From the NCBI GenBank assembly GCA_965218585.1, contig CBDCLE010000011.1, positions 1 through 64,000 of the forward strand: a stretch of 64,000 nucleotides of DNA. The letters are read 5' to 3'. Under the pieces are notes generated by a model that was not told where the DNA came from, ran no database searches, and saw only the letters and a program-made list of their open reading frames with translations. The translations under genes and the position numbers were made by a program. Positions 40,640 through 51,350 of the stretch are shown one piece after another. This DNA is from Terriglobia bacterium (GTDB lineage Bacteria; Acidobacteriota; Terriglobia; 20CM-2-55-15). Numbering within the stretch: the stretch's first letter is position 1; each line of letters opens with the position of its first letter.

Positions 40640-41977
40640 ATGGGCACCGAGAATCGGAACGAAGCTGTGCAACTTGAAGCACCGCCGGCCGACTGGACGT
40701 TGGCGATGCGCGTTCTCTTCCGTTTCTGTCTTGTGTATTTCGCTCTGTTTACACTTGCAACGAAAATTTCAGGGGGCCTCGTTCTTCTTCCTGATCGTTC
40801 GATCACGAGCGTGGGCATCCTATGGCCGCTACGGGGAGTCACTTTCTGGGTAGGGACCCACATCTTCGGCATCACCGAACCTCTCGAGTACACGGGAAAT
40901 AGCTGGGACACGAACTTCTACTGGGTACAGGCGGCGTGGGTGCTCTTCGTTGCCGTGCTGGGGGCCGGTGCCTGGTGCGCTCTGGACACCCGACGCCGAA
41001 ACTACGTGACGCTGCACAAGTGGATGCGGGTTTTCGTTCGGCTCGCGATCGCCTCACAGATGTTCGAGTACGGAATAACCAAGGTGATACCGGCACAGTT
41101 TCCGGCGCCTTCGCTGATTACGCTGGTGACGCCGGTGGGAGGTATCTCGCTGCAGGGACTGCTATGGACTTTCGTCGGGTCTTCTTTGTTGTACCAGATT
41201 CTGACGGGAGTCATTGAAGTGGCGGGCGGACTCCTGCTGCTCCACCATCGCACGACGCTGGTCGGCAGTTTTGTCGTCCTTGCGAGCATGATGCAGATCT
41301 TAGCGTTCAACATGCTGTATGACGTGGGAGTGAAGATGGTTACCTTCCACCTGATCCTGATGACGCTCTTCCTGATGGCTCCGGAGTGGACACGGCTTCG
41401 GGATTTCTTCTTCGGAAATCGTTCGGCCCCGCCGCCGGGGGAAGGGCGCTTGTTTCGCACCCACCGGGCCAACCGCGTTGCGGTGGCCGCCCAGATCCTG
41501 TTTGGTCTCTATGCGGTGGGTGTCTACACAAACATCACCTGGCTCTTCTGGAATGAAGGCGGCGGAGGAAGCCCCCGGTCAGTTCTCTACGGGATCTGGG
41601 ATGTCGAGCAGCTTGCCATAAACGGGGAAGTGGGCCCCGCAATCTTCAACGACTACGATCGCCAGTGGCGGCGCGTCATTTTTGACGAACCCGATGAAAT
41701 GGTGTTTCAACGCACCGACGATTCGTTTTCCCGGTATGGGGTTTCAATCGACGATAACAGCAATATCCTTGTGCTGAACAAGGGGGAGAGTCGGACCTGG
41801 CGTTCCGGTTTCATCTTCCAGCGCCCGGCCGAGGATCAACTGATTCTCGAAGGAGACATGGACAACTACAGTATCCGCATGGAACTCAGGCTGATTCAGC
41901 CCGACACGTTCCAACTTCTCAACAGCCATTTCCGTTGGGTTCGCCCCCCCGATCCTGGAACCGAGTCAACCCGCTAG
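40640..41977 (+). CDS. DoxX-like multi-pass membrane protein
   Basis: MFEYGITKVIPAQFP, LLWTFVG, EVAGGLLL and NMLYDVGVK. Confidence 0.78.
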   Translation: MGTENRNEAVQLEAPPADWTLAMRVLFRFCLVYFALFTLATKISGGLVLLPDRSITSVGILWPLRGVTFWVGTHIFGITEPLEYTGNSWDTNFYWVQAAWVLFVAVLGAGAWCALDTRRRNYVTLHKWMRVFVRLAIASQMFEYGITKVIPAQFPAPSLITLVTPVGGISLQGLLWTFVGSSLLYQILTGVIEVAGGLLLLHHRTTLVGSFVVLASMMQILAFNMLYDVGVKMVTFHLILMTLFLMAPEWTRLRDFFFGNRSAPPPGEGRLFRTHRANRVAVAAQILFGLYAVGVYTNITWLFWNEGGGGSPRSVLYGIWDVEQLAINGEVGPAIFNDYDRQWRRVIFDEPDEMVFQRTDDSFSRYGVSIDDNSNILVLNKGESRTWRSGFIFQRPAEDQLILEGDMDNYSIRMELRLIQPDTFQLLNSHFRWVRPPDPGTESTR

Positions 41978-41993
41978 GATCCCTCGATCCAGA

Positions 41994-42470
41994 CTATTGC
42001 CTCTCATACACCACCGTGCTCTCAATTTCTTCTCCGGCCGCGTTCCTTTCGGCGGTGACTGTTGTCAGCGTCTGCCCATCCGAAGAGACCGTGGTCCGCG
42101 CTTGGGCAACCTGGCCGCCATCGACCTTTATGACGACGTCGTAGGTATAGTCGTCGATCCTGGTGTAAGCATTGGTGAGCACATAGTCGACACCCTGGAC
42201 CGCGTAGTCTCTCCCATCGAACTGACCGGCCCATTCCAGGTGAATCACGCCGCCCCGTTCTCCAACGATGTCGTAGATGACCTTGAGACCATCTCCCGAG
42301 GGCTCGATCCAGCAGGTCGTTCTCTTAAAGCGAGTGGAATTCTGTTGAGACTTCTCCGTGTTGAGCTCCCAGGTTCCGAACAAGGGGACAGGCACTTGAC
42401 CCTCCAGAGCGGAAGGCAGCATCATTGTGGCTAGGATTATCAGAAAGGCAGGAGTACGCCAGGTCGACAT
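41994..42470 (-). CDS. Exported lipocalin-like hypothetical protein
   Basis: FGTWELNTEKS...VSSDGQTLT...VYERQ. Confidence 0.75.
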   Translation of the reverse strand: MSTWRTPAFLIILATMMLPSALEGQVPVPLFGTWELNTEKSQQNSTRFKRTTCWIEPSGDGLKVIYDIVGERGGVIHLEWAGQFDGRDYAVQGVDYVLTNAYTRIDDYTYDVVIKVDGGQVAQARTTVSSDGQTLTTVTAERNAAGEEIESTVVYERQ

Positions 42471-42542
42471 GAGGCAAAGGATCACACTCTCTCCCTGGCC
42501 TGTCAACAGGTGCCTCTCCCAGAGAAACTGTCTGTTATCAAC

Positions 42543-42971
42543 ATGAGGACCGACCCATCAAACCTGACGAGGGAAGCCCCCCACCCCATCGTCTTCTTCG
42601 ACGGGGTCTGCGGCCTCTGCAACGGTTTCGTGGACTTCATCCTGGCCTGGGACCCGGGAGGAAGGTTTCGTTTCGCAGCCCTACAGGGCGAGACTTTCAG
42701 GGGCGTCGATCTTGGGGAGGCACGAGCTGGGCAACCGACGAGCATAGTCCTCTGGGACAACCACCGGGCTTACATAAAATCCGATGCCGTCCTGCGAATA
42801 TTCGAGGGGCTCGGTGGCGGATGGGCTCTGCTGACCCTGCTACGCCTCGTTCCAGCCTCCGGCCGGGACTTCGTCTACGATCTCGTCGCCAGCAACCGCT
42901 ACCGTTGGTTCGGCAAGCGGGACACCTGCCGTCTGCCGTCCCCCGAAGAGCGGGACCGCTTCCTGTCCTAA
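42543..42971 (+). CDS. DCC1-like thiol-disulfide oxidoreductase (YuxK/DUF393)
   Basis: FDGVCGLC, FAALQ and NRYRWFG. Confidence 0.92.
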   Translation: MRTDPSNLTREAPHPIVFFDGVCGLCNGFVDFILAWDPGGRFRFAALQGETFRGVDLGEARAGQPTSIVLWDNHRAYIKSDAVLRIFEGLGGGWALLTLLRLVPASGRDFVYDLVASNRYRWFGKRDTCRLPSPEERDRFLS

Positions 42972-43182
42972 GGGCAGAGACCGGACTCCCCTCGCATTTC
43001 CCCCAACCGTGCGCTTCTGGGATTCCCCGGGTTTTCCAATCAAGATCGAAAAATTCGCCTCTGACGCAATCCTCTTGACTTACGGCCTGTCATAAATCTA
43101 ATAATTATAGGAATTATTGGTATGCGGGCCGTGATCGAATGATCCGGTTGCCCAGAATCAGATCAAAGAGCAGGGAAACGAC

Positions 43183-44385
43183 ATGGAAAAGACCTACGTT
43201 AGTCGAAAGCCGATATACGAGTCCAACGTCCGGCTGCACGCGTATGAACTCGTCTCACAACCCCGTGAGGGTGTAAATTCATTCCCGACCGTCGCGGACC
43301 TTGAAACGGTCCGTGCAGACCTGGGAACCTTTTCTGAAGTAGGGCTGGATCAGATCGTCGGAGATCAACAGGCCTTTGTAGACCTCTCCCGTGAGGCAGT
43401 TCTGGCGGGATACTGCCTTTCACTCTCAAAAAACCGCGTCATCCTGGAAATCCTCGACGACATCGTTTCCGACCCCGAGCTCCGGGACGAGCTTCGGGAC
43501 TTGTCTCAGATGGGATACAAGATCGCGGTCGGAAACACGACCCCGGAGGCCCTGAATAGAAACGGCCGGTCAGTGGCAGACATCGTTCGCATAGACGTCC
43601 AGGGTCTGGATGAGGACGAGGTTGCCGAACAGGTGGGCGCGTTTTCCCGTCTCAGCGTCCGTCTTCTGGCGGACAAAGTCGACACATACGAACAGTTCGA
43701 GTTGTGCAAGAGACAGAAGTTCGATATGTACCAGGGACATTTCTTCTGCACGCCACGACGCAGGGGCACCGAAATACCCGTCAACCGCCTCGCCGCGGTA
43801 CGCATCCTCGGAAAACTCCAGAACCCCGATCTCGGCCTCGACGAGTTGGAGTCCGCAATCAGCACAGACTTGGCACTCAGCTATAAGCTGTTGCGTTTCG
43901 CCAACTCTGCGTTTATCGGCCTCAACAGGACTGTTGAGTCAATCAACCACGCGGCCAAGATGGTAGGAATCGAACGGATTCGCATGTGGGCAAGCCTTCT
44001 CATGTTCTCAAAGATGGAAGACAAGCCGCGTGAACTGATGATTACAGCGATCGTGCGCGCTGCGATGTGTGAACGGCTGGCTTCTTCAGCGGACGAAGGT
44101 CCGAGAGAGACATTCTTCACAGTGGGCCTGCTCTCGGTTCTCGATGCATTGATGGACCGGCCCATGGGGGAGGCGCTCGAGGAGTTGCCGGTTTCAGACG
44201 AAATCAGGTCGGCACTGATAGACCGGGAGGGATCTCGTGGCGAGGCGCTTCGGTGTGCTCTCGCTCAGGAACGTGGGGACTGGGACCAGGTCCAGTATAG
44301 AGATCTTCGCCCGATGACGATCCGGAGCCACTATTTGGATTCTCTCGGTTGGGCGCGGCGGATTAGTGAGGGGTTGAATATTTAA
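43183..44385 (+). CDS. EAL-like + HDOD domain protein (YuxH-type)
   Basis: RKPIY...AYEL, LADKVDT, YQGHFF, DLALSYKLLRFANS and FTVGLLS. Confidence 0.88.
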   Translation: MEKTYVSRKPIYESNVRLHAYELVSQPREGVNSFPTVADLETVRADLGTFSEVGLDQIVGDQQAFVDLSREAVLAGYCLSLSKNRVILEILDDIVSDPELRDELRDLSQMGYKIAVGNTTPEALNRNGRSVADIVRIDVQGLDEDEVAEQVGAFSRLSVRLLADKVDTYEQFELCKRQKFDMYQGHFFCTPRRRGTEIPVNRLAAVRILGKLQNPDLGLDELESAISTDLALSYKLLRFANSAFIGLNRTVESINHAAKMVGIERIRMWASLLMFSKMEDKPRELMITAIVRAAMCERLASSADEGPRETFFTVGLLSVLDALMDRPMGEALEELPVSDEIRSALIDREGSRGEALRCALAQERGDWDQVQYRDLRPMTIRSHYLDSLGWARRISEGLNI

Positions 44386-44700
44386 GGGGCACCCGCACGG
44401 TCTGATGCCTGCCGGATCGTGTGACCGGTACTTCAGAAGATTTCGCTCGGTCGTTCATTCAGACATCCTGTCTGAACGACCGGCGACGCTCGCAATCATC
44501 CTGATTGCAAGCCCTCTTTGGACTCAACGATACTTTTCGGTAAGTGCTGACGGGCCCGCAGTCAGGAGACTGCGGGCTGCAAAGGTCGTTCGGCCAGGAT
44601 GGCCGTCTGAACGACCGCCGCAGGTCTTCTCGTTCACAATCGAGCGAAACCAGCCGTCGCCAGAAAATGCTGATGACCTGCAACGAAATGGGCAAGCAAC

Positions 44701-46137
44701 CTATTCATCAAAATACGCATCCTTAAACCTCTGATACCTTTCCCGCACTCCTTCATCCCGGTCCGGTTCGATCGTTCGCCCCTCGTCCAGCAACAATTCC
44801 ATCGCCTCCCGGGTCTCGGTCCCGAGCGCGGCGAAACCACACCGTGCGGCGCCGCGGAGAGTGGCCAGTCCGGCTGAGGCCGGCTCGAGGACAGGGCCGG
44901 GAATAACAGCGGCCAATATGGGTACCAGCTCCTCGGTGTGGAATGCGTTCCCCGAAAGAACGCTGCGCTCGGAAGCCTGGCCTAATACCTCCCCGACCCA
45001 TTCGAAATACATTCCAAGCTGGAACGCCACTCCTTCAACAACAGAGCGTCCCCGCCGGTTGAGGTCTCGATCCTTCCCCCTTTGTCCGGGGAAGCGCCAG
45101 CGTGCTTCCTTTCCCGAATCCCAGAACGGGGTGCGTTCTCCTCGAATGTGAGGGAAGAACAGTCCCGGCTGATCTTCGGTCGTATCTCTGTTGAAGCTCG
45201 TTACACCCAGTTCCCGGCGTGCCCAGTCGAGAACATTCCCACCGTTGTTACTTGCGGCTCCCACCAGAAACGAATCCGGACCGTAGCGATAACAGAAGAT
45301 CCCTCGATGGTTGTCACCCGAAGCGATCGGGTTGAAACGGCGCACGCTGGCCGTAGTTCCGACGGTGATCGCCGTCCTGCCTGGGGTTTCACATCCCGAA
45401 CCCAGGGTCGCCAGAAATCCATCTCCCCCGCCGGCGATGACTCGAATACCTGCCTGAAGGTGAAGCAACTCGGCAGCCGCTTCCGACAGTGGGCCGATCA
45501 AATCTGTTGTTTCGAGCACTTCGGGCAAAATTGATTCGTGGATCCTCAGGGCTTTGAGCGTTTCCTGATCCCATTCTCTCGTATGGAGGTTGAGCAGACC
45601 CGATGCGGACGCCGTTGAGACGTCTTCGGCCCAGTTTTCGGTCAGCTGAGCACCGACGTACGCCTTGACCGAAACCGCTCGTTTCGCTCTGCCGAAAAGC
45701 CCCGGGCTCTCCTTGCCTAAGCGTGCGAGCTTGTACGCAGGGAATGAGGGGTGAAAATAGGCTCCCGTCCGCTGCCGGTAGTCTTCGCCGAAAACCCGGT
45801 CGGCGTCATCAAGCTCAGGGCTTTCCGTATCCATCCACGTGTAGACAGGGGACTCGGGGACGCCTTCCGAGTCTGTGAGTAAAAGCGTATGCATCATCGA
45901 AGAGAGGGCAATGGCGTCAGGCGGGTCCATTCCCGAGACGCACCGCCGGATGGATTCGCTCGTCTGCTCCCATATGAAGGATGCCGAAAGGGTTTCCCTC
46001 CCCTTATCGTCAGGAATAAATTGCCACGGAACTTCGGCGGTATGCAGCGGGCTGAGGTTGGAGTCTACAAGGCTGGCCGAAACACCTCCCGAGGCGATGT
46101 CCACGGCCAGGACTCGGTGGCCACGTGTGCCCATCAA
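44701..46137 (-). CDS. gntK: FGGY-family gluconokinase
   Basis: STASASGL, GGDG, ITVGTT, ASNNGG and GERTPFW; overlaps the gnd stop. Confidence 0.8.
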   Translation of the reverse strand: MMGTRGHRVLAVDIASGGVSASLVDSNLSPLHTAEVPWQFIPDDKGRETLSASFIWEQTSESIRRCVSGMDPPDAIALSSMMHTLLLTDSEGVPESPVYTWMDTESPELDDADRVFGEDYRQRTGAYFHPSFPAYKLARLGKESPGLFGRAKRAVSVKAYVGAQLTENWAEDVSTASASGLLNLHTREWDQETLKALRIHESILPEVLETTDLIGPLSEAAAELLHLQAGIRVIAGGGDGFLATLGSGCETPGRTAITVGTTASVRRFNPIASGDNHRGIFCYRYGPDSFLVGAASNNGGNVLDWARRELGVTSFNRDTTEDQPGLFFPHIRGERTPFWDSGKEARWRFPGQRGKDRDLNRRGRSVVEGVAFQLGMYFEWVGEVLGQASERSVLSGNAFHTEELVPILAAVIPGPVLEPASAGLATLRGAARCGFAALGTETREAMELLLDEGRTIEPDRDEGVRERYQRFKDAYFDE

Positions 46138-47042
46138 TCGCCGGGAGAAAACCCGTGGCCCCCGAACTCGTGACGGAGCGCCGCAAGAAGCCTGCTGGAA
46201 AAAGCATCCCCGTCACGGGACTGGAGCCTCGAGAGCAGGGCGAGAGTGATGACCGGAGCCGGAACGTCGAGATCGATCGCTTCAGCAACCGTCCAGCGTC
46301 CCTCTCCGGAATCCTCTACGCCCGAGCCGATGCCTTCAAGCGAGGGGTTCTCCTCGAGAGCTTTGCCGGTCAACTCCAACAGCCAGGAACGAATGACGCT
46401 GCCACTGTTCCAGATATCGGCAATTCCGCCCAGGTCGAGGTTGAGATCTTCTTTCTTTTCGAGCAAGGCGAAGCCTTCTGCATAGGCCTGCATGAGCCCG
46501 TACTCGATTCCGTTGTGGATCATCTTCACGAAGTGCCCCGCACCGGAAGTTCCGACCCGTCCCCACCCTTTGGCCTCATCGGGAGCGAGCGCTCTGAATA
46601 TCGGGTCCATGCGATCTACGGTGTCTGGATCGCCACCGATCATCAGACAATATCCGTCGTCCTCACCCCGTATGCCCCCGCTGGTTCCCACGTCGAGATA
46701 TCGGACTCCGCGCCCGTTGAGACTCTTGCTTCGGCGAACGCTGTCCTTGTAATTCGAATTGCCTCCGTCGATCAGGACAGCATCCTTTCCCAACGCGGGC
46801 ACGATCTCTTCGATCGTTTCGTCGACGCTGTTTCCGGCAGGCACCATGAGCCATAATGCGCGGGGCTCGTCCAGCTTTTCGACCAGCTCGGCAATGGAGG
46901 ACACCGTATCGAGTCCGCTGCCGGTGAGCCGGGCGCGAGGGTCCGGGTCAGAATCGAACCCGACCACCTGATGTCCTTTCCCCCCCAGACGCCGGGCTAT
47001 TCCCGCCCCCATCCGTCCCAGGCCAACGATCCCGAGCTGCAT
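46134..47042 (-). CDS. gnd: 6-phosphogluconate dehydrogenase, decarboxylating (short YqeC type)
   Basis: GLGRMG, MVPAG, IDGGNS, GTSGG, HFVKMIHNGIEYG and RHEFGGH. Confidence 0.95.
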   Translation of the reverse strand: MQLGIVGLGRMGAGIARRLGGKGHQVVGFDSDPDPRARLTGSGLDTVSSIAELVEKLDEPRALWLMVPAGNSVDETIEEIVPALGKDAVLIDGGNSNYKDSVRRSKSLNGRGVRYLDVGTSGGIRGEDDGYCLMIGGDPDTVDRMDPIFRALAPDEAKGWGRVGTSGAGHFVKMIHNGIEYGLMQAYAEGFALLEKKEDLNLDLGGIADIWNSGSVIRSWLLELTGKALEENPSLEGIGSGVEDSGEGRWTVAEAIDLDVPAPVITLALLSRLQSRDGDAFSSRLLAALRHEFGGHGFSPGD

Positions 47043-47091
47043 CCTTTAGATCTCCTTCGTCCACTTGGTGTTCTGCATGATACGTCAGGAA

Positions 47092-49602
47092 TCACGCCAT
47101 TGCTCGAAGAGTGGCTTCGAGCCGGCGCGTGAAGGAGGTATACGATTCGTCTTCGATGGCCCGGACCGGCGCCCCGATCTTCAGACGGACGGGGCCCGGG
47201 TGCGGCCTGGCCGCACCCGGAGGAAGGGCTTCGAACGTGCCTCCCAGGTGCAGCGGCACAACCGGAATCTGAAGACGGACGGCCATGAAACCCACACCGG
47301 GTTGAAAGGGGCCAATGGCACCATCCTCGGTCCGTCTGCCTTCAGGGAAGACCAGCGGACAGTATCCCGAGCTGACCAGGTTTCCCGTGTATCGCAGAGA
47401 TTCGCGCACACGTCCCAATTGTTGCGGCAGAGGGTAGGCATTGAATGCCAGCGCAACCAGGAAGTATTCCAAACGGCTGACAAGTGGGCGCCGTTTCAGC
47501 TGGAAATACTCCGACCGAACGGCCGGTGCGATCCTCCGGCGCCAGCTGCGGGGGAGGCCCTCGAGAATCACCGGGGTATCGAGATGACTGGCGTGGTTGG
47601 ATACAAACAACACCGGACCCGGGACTGAGGCCAGGTTTTCGACCCCTTCAACTCTGGGCCGGACGAAACACCGCAACAACGGGTAGATCAGAACCGTCTG
47701 AAGAACGCTGCGGGCCACTCGCACGGGCAGGTAACGAGACCACCGCTGGGGAGACAGTTCGTGGCCGACCCGAACGCCTCCGGCCTGATCCGGGGACAGC
47801 CATCTTTCGCGGGCGGCCCCAACCTGAGCGTTGAGTTCGGCGACGGTCGTCGCTTCCGAGAAATCGGTCTCCTCCAGCTCAATCCCGTATCGGGACTCCA
47901 GCCCTGCAAGCAGATCGATGCGTTCGAGAGACGAAAGTCCCAGTTCTTCTGTGAGACGCGTATCGGGCGTCAGCTCTCGCCCGCGTGGGCCGATCAGTCC
48001 CGTGAGGGTGTCGAGGAACGTGGAAGGTCCTCTCTCTGGGTCTTCTCCTCGATCGCCGGTCTGGGTGTTCACCGACTCGGCGACAAGACGGCGCTGTATC
48101 TTGTGTGTCGAAGCGGTGCGCGGAAAGTCCTCTCCGGTCCAGATCGACCAGCTCCGAATGCGCTGCCCGGGTTCAAGCAGCCGATTACCGGCCGCGATCA
48201 GGGCCTCGGGGCTTTCGGCCCTCGCTTCCAGAATCAGGACGGCATGGGGCAGTTCGCCATGGGCGCCCCGAACGGGTATGACGACGCTGTCACGAATACC
48301 CTCAGCCTCATTGAGAATCTGCTCGATGTCGTCAGGATAGACATTGATGCCGTCCGCGGTAACGATGATGTCCCTCTTTCGTCCCCGGTAAACCAGGTTC
48401 CCCTCCGAGTCGAGTTCGCCGATGTCTCCGGTGTGAAACCAACCCTCGGCGTCAGTCGCCGGACGGACTTCGGACCGGCCCTGGGTGTACTCCTCGACGA
48501 CACTGGGGCCGCGCACCCACACTTCGCCGCCGGCTGCGATTCTGATCTCCTGGTCACCGATCGTTTTGCCGACGGTGCCACGGCGCACCCGGAAGGGGTG
48601 ATTCAGCGTGACGATGGGGCTGGCTTCGGTCAAACCGTAACCCTGGACGACCAGCATCCCGATTCGAGACCAGAATCTTTCAATGGAAGGATTGAGCTCG
48701 GCTCCCCCGACGACAAGCGACCAGAACTTCCATCCGAATTCCCGATGGATCCTTCGGTAACGCCAACACCGCTTGAAGACACCCTCACCCTCCGGCAGGG
48801 CAAATCCGGTTTCCGGATGTCGCCTCCGGATGTCCGTTCCCAGGGTCTCCAGGACATGCGGAACGGTGACAAGCACCGAGACCCGTTCGGTTCGGATCGT
48901 CCGACGGATGGCCGAGGGATGAAGGTCGGACTGAAAGACAACAGAACCCCCGAGAAGCACGGGGATGAATACACCCATCGACTGACCGAACATGTGGCTC
49001 AACGGAACCATGTCTAGAAGTCGGACCGGCTGGAAGGGACGGGCCCAGTGCCGGTACCGGTCGATCTCCCGGTCAATGGGAGTGAGGTTTGAACAGATAT
49101 TGCGGTGCCGGTGAATAACGCCCTTGGGATCGGCCGTCGTCCCGGACGTGTAAAGGATCTCTACGATCCCGTCAGCGTCCACCGCCCCTTCGCCGTGGTC
49201 CACAGGCAGGGGAAGCTCTCCGAGGTCCTCGATCCGAAAGACCGGGTCCTCGGGCCTGAAGTCCGATGGACTGGATCCACGGACGAGGAGCCTGGTCCCC
49301 GCTTCGGCCCTGATCCCGGCCACGCGACGCGGAGTTGAATGGGCATCGAGAGGAACCACGACGACACCACGGCTGAGGCAAGCCCAGAAGACGGCGATCC
49401 ATTCGGGTCTGTTTTCACTCCAGAGAAGAAGCCGGTCTCCGGGCGCGAACCCCTGCTGATCCAGGTAAGCCGCAAACCGCGTGATTCCGTCGCCGAGATC
49501 CTGATAGGACCAGTTCCAGGTCCGGATTCCGTTCGAGAATCGGATGGCCTCCCTGGAACCGAAAGATCGGATTCGTGGGAGGAGTTCAAGCAGGGTTTCC
49601 AT
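47092..49602 (-). CDS. Acyl-CoA synthetase + carrier domain + PlsC acyltransferase fusion (Aas-like)
   Basis: YTSGTT, QGYGLTE, TGDIG; LGLSSL; NHASHLD and FPEG. Confidence 0.9.
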   Translation of the reverse strand: METLLELLPRIRSFGSREAIRFSNGIRTWNWSYQDLGDGITRFAAYLDQQGFAPGDRLLLWSENRPEWIAVFWACLSRGVVVVPLDAHSTPRRVAGIRAEAGTRLLVRGSSPSDFRPEDPVFRIEDLGELPLPVDHGEGAVDADGIVEILYTSGTTADPKGVIHRHRNICSNLTPIDREIDRYRHWARPFQPVRLLDMVPLSHMFGQSMGVFIPVLLGGSVVFQSDLHPSAIRRTIRTERVSVLVTVPHVLETLGTDIRRRHPETGFALPEGEGVFKRCWRYRRIHREFGWKFWSLVVGGAELNPSIERFWSRIGMLVVQGYGLTEASPIVTLNHPFRVRRGTVGKTIGDQEIRIAAGGEVWVRGPSVVEEYTQGRSEVRPATDAEGWFHTGDIGELDSEGNLVYRGRKRDIIVTADGINVYPDDIEQILNEAEGIRDSVVIPVRGAHGELPHAVLILEARAESPEALIAAGNRLLEPGQRIRSWSIWTGEDFPRTASTHKIQRRLVAESVNTQTGDRGEDPERGPSTFLDTLTGLIGPRGRELTPDTRLTEELGLSSLERIDLLAGLESRYGIELEETDFSEATTVAELNAQVGAARERWLSPDQAGGVRVGHELSPQRWSRYLPVRVARSVLQTVLIYPLLRCFVRPRVEGVENLASVPGPVLFVSNHASHLDTPVILEGLPRSWRRRIAPAVRSEYFQLKRRPLVSRLEYFLVALAFNAYPLPQQLGRVRESLRYTGNLVSSGYCPLVFPEGRRTEDGAIGPFQPGVGFMAVRLQIPVVPLHLGGTFEALPPGAARPHPGPVRLKIGAPVRAIEDESYTSFTRRLEATLRAMA

Positions 49603-49862
49603 TGCGCAGCCTCAGCCTGCAGTTCGAGGGCGGATTATATAGTGAATGCTATACATAAGATATATATATTTAAAATACTTATATTAGGTGCTTTATGTTG
49701 TCTAAATTTGTGTGCCGTCGCGCACCCTAACTTCAGGTTGCCCGTCACCCCCTTTCGTATCATAGCGCGAGGGAAGAATCTCTCCTTCCTGTGAAGACGC
49801 GGTGGTAGGCTGGGATTGGCGGATGCGCCCCTGACCTGGTCCGGGCCGGTGATGAACTGTGG

Positions 49863-51329
49863 GTGTCGGACGGGTCGAATTCATCCGTCGCGATGCTGAC
49901 CTTAGCAGACCGCATCAGTCCAACAGGTAAGGTGCCCATTATGAGGAGACCAGCCGCGACCCCGAGATTTCGAACTTCCGGATTGACCACCTGCCTCCTT
50001 TTCTTGGCCCTGGCCCCTGCTTCGGCCGCGGCTCAGCGGACCCAACTCGAGCCCGGCTTCAACATCATCTCGATCGAGGAAGAGATTGCGATGGGGCGCC
50101 AGGTTGCCGCCGAAGCCGAACAGGAGCTCACACTCATCGATGACACGCTCCTGGGCGAATACATCAACCGCCTCGGACAACAGCTTGCAACCGTGGCCCC
50201 GTTTGAGGCTTACGCCTACGAGTTCACCCTCGTCAACGATTCCGGCATCAACGCGTTCGCTCTACCCGGGGGCTTCATCTATATCAATCGGGGAATCATC
50301 GAGGCCGCCGATCGGGAAGCCGAAGTAGCGGGTGTCCTTGCCCACGAAATCGGACACGTCGCACTACGCCACGGCACGAGTCAGGCATCCAAAGCCTCTA
50401 TCGCCCAGGCACCTCTGACGATCCTGGGCGGTATCTTTGGAGGCGGCAACGGCGTAGGGTCGATACTGACCCAGTTGGGGATCGGTTTCGGAGCCAATTC
50501 TGTGTTCCTTAAGTTCTCTCGCGATGCAGAGCGCGAGGCCGACCTCATAGGTGCGCAGATACTCTACGATGCCGGTTACGACCCGACTGGAATGACGGAG
50601 TTCTTCGAGAAATTGGCAGCGGACGGCGGGAGTCGGGGAACTGAGTTCTTCAGCAGCCACCCCAATCCGGACAACCGCCTGGACGACGTGGCCGGGGAGA
50701 TTGATCGGCTCGGGGAGCCACCGGCCACGTACTTCAGTAATTTTTCTGAATTCCGGCGCATCAAGGAACGGCTGGCCGACATCCCTGAAGAAGAGAGGTC
50801 CCGAACCGATGACGTGACCGAGGAGCGCCCTCGGACGCGTCCTCCGGAACTGCCCTCGAGGCGGTATCAGAACTATCAGACCAGCAGTCTTCGCATGGTT
50901 CATCCTGTGAACTGGCGGGCTTACGAAACAGCGGACTCGGTGACCTTCGCACCTGATCGCGGAATCGCTCCGGATAATGGCGGCCTCGGTTACGGGTTGC
51001 TTGTATCAACATTCGAACCCACGCCGGACAGAAGAGGGCGCCTGACGCTGGAAGACGCCACCGACCAGCTGATTCGAAGCCTCCGGGGGAGGAATCCTTC
51101 AATGCGCATCGGTCAGGGATACCGCAGGGAACTCTTGGATGGCTGGAACGCCTTGTCGGTCGGTATCGATTCGGAGTCCCCCTTTGGAGGCCCGGAAAGG
51201 GATTGGCTGGTTACGGCTTTTGGGCCTAACGGAAGGTTCTACTACTTCATCGCAGTGGCTCCGGACCAAGCGTTTGACGACTACGAGCCCACCTTCGGAA
51301 CAATCTTCGATTCCCTGCGTTTCAGATAG
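49863..51329 (+). CDS. M48 (BepA-like) metallopeptidase; start possibly at 49941
   Basis: INAFALPGG, HEIGH, FSRDAEREAD and FSSHP. Confidence 0.92.
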   Translation: MSDGSNSSVAMLTLADRISPTGKVPIMRRPAATPRFRTSGLTTCLLFLALAPASAAAQRTQLEPGFNIISIEEEIAMGRQVAAEAEQELTLIDDTLLGEYINRLGQQLATVAPFEAYAYEFTLVNDSGINAFALPGGFIYINRGIIEAADREAEVAGVLAHEIGHVALRHGTSQASKASIAQAPLTILGGIFGGGNGVGSILTQLGIGFGANSVFLKFSRDAEREADLIGAQILYDAGYDPTGMTEFFEKLAADGGSRGTEFFSSHPNPDNRLDDVAGEIDRLGEPPATYFSNFSEFRRIKERLADIPEEERSRTDDVTEERPRTRPPELPSRRYQNYQTSSLRMVHPVNWRAYETADSVTFAPDRGIAPDNGGLGYGLLVSTFEPTPDRRGRLTLEDATDQLIRSLRGRNPSMRIGQGYRRELLDGWNALSVGIDSESPFGGPERDWLVTAFGPNGRFYYFIAVAPDQAFDDYEPTFGTIFDSLRFR

Positions 51330-51350
51330 CGCGCGAAGCTCTGGTCCGGG

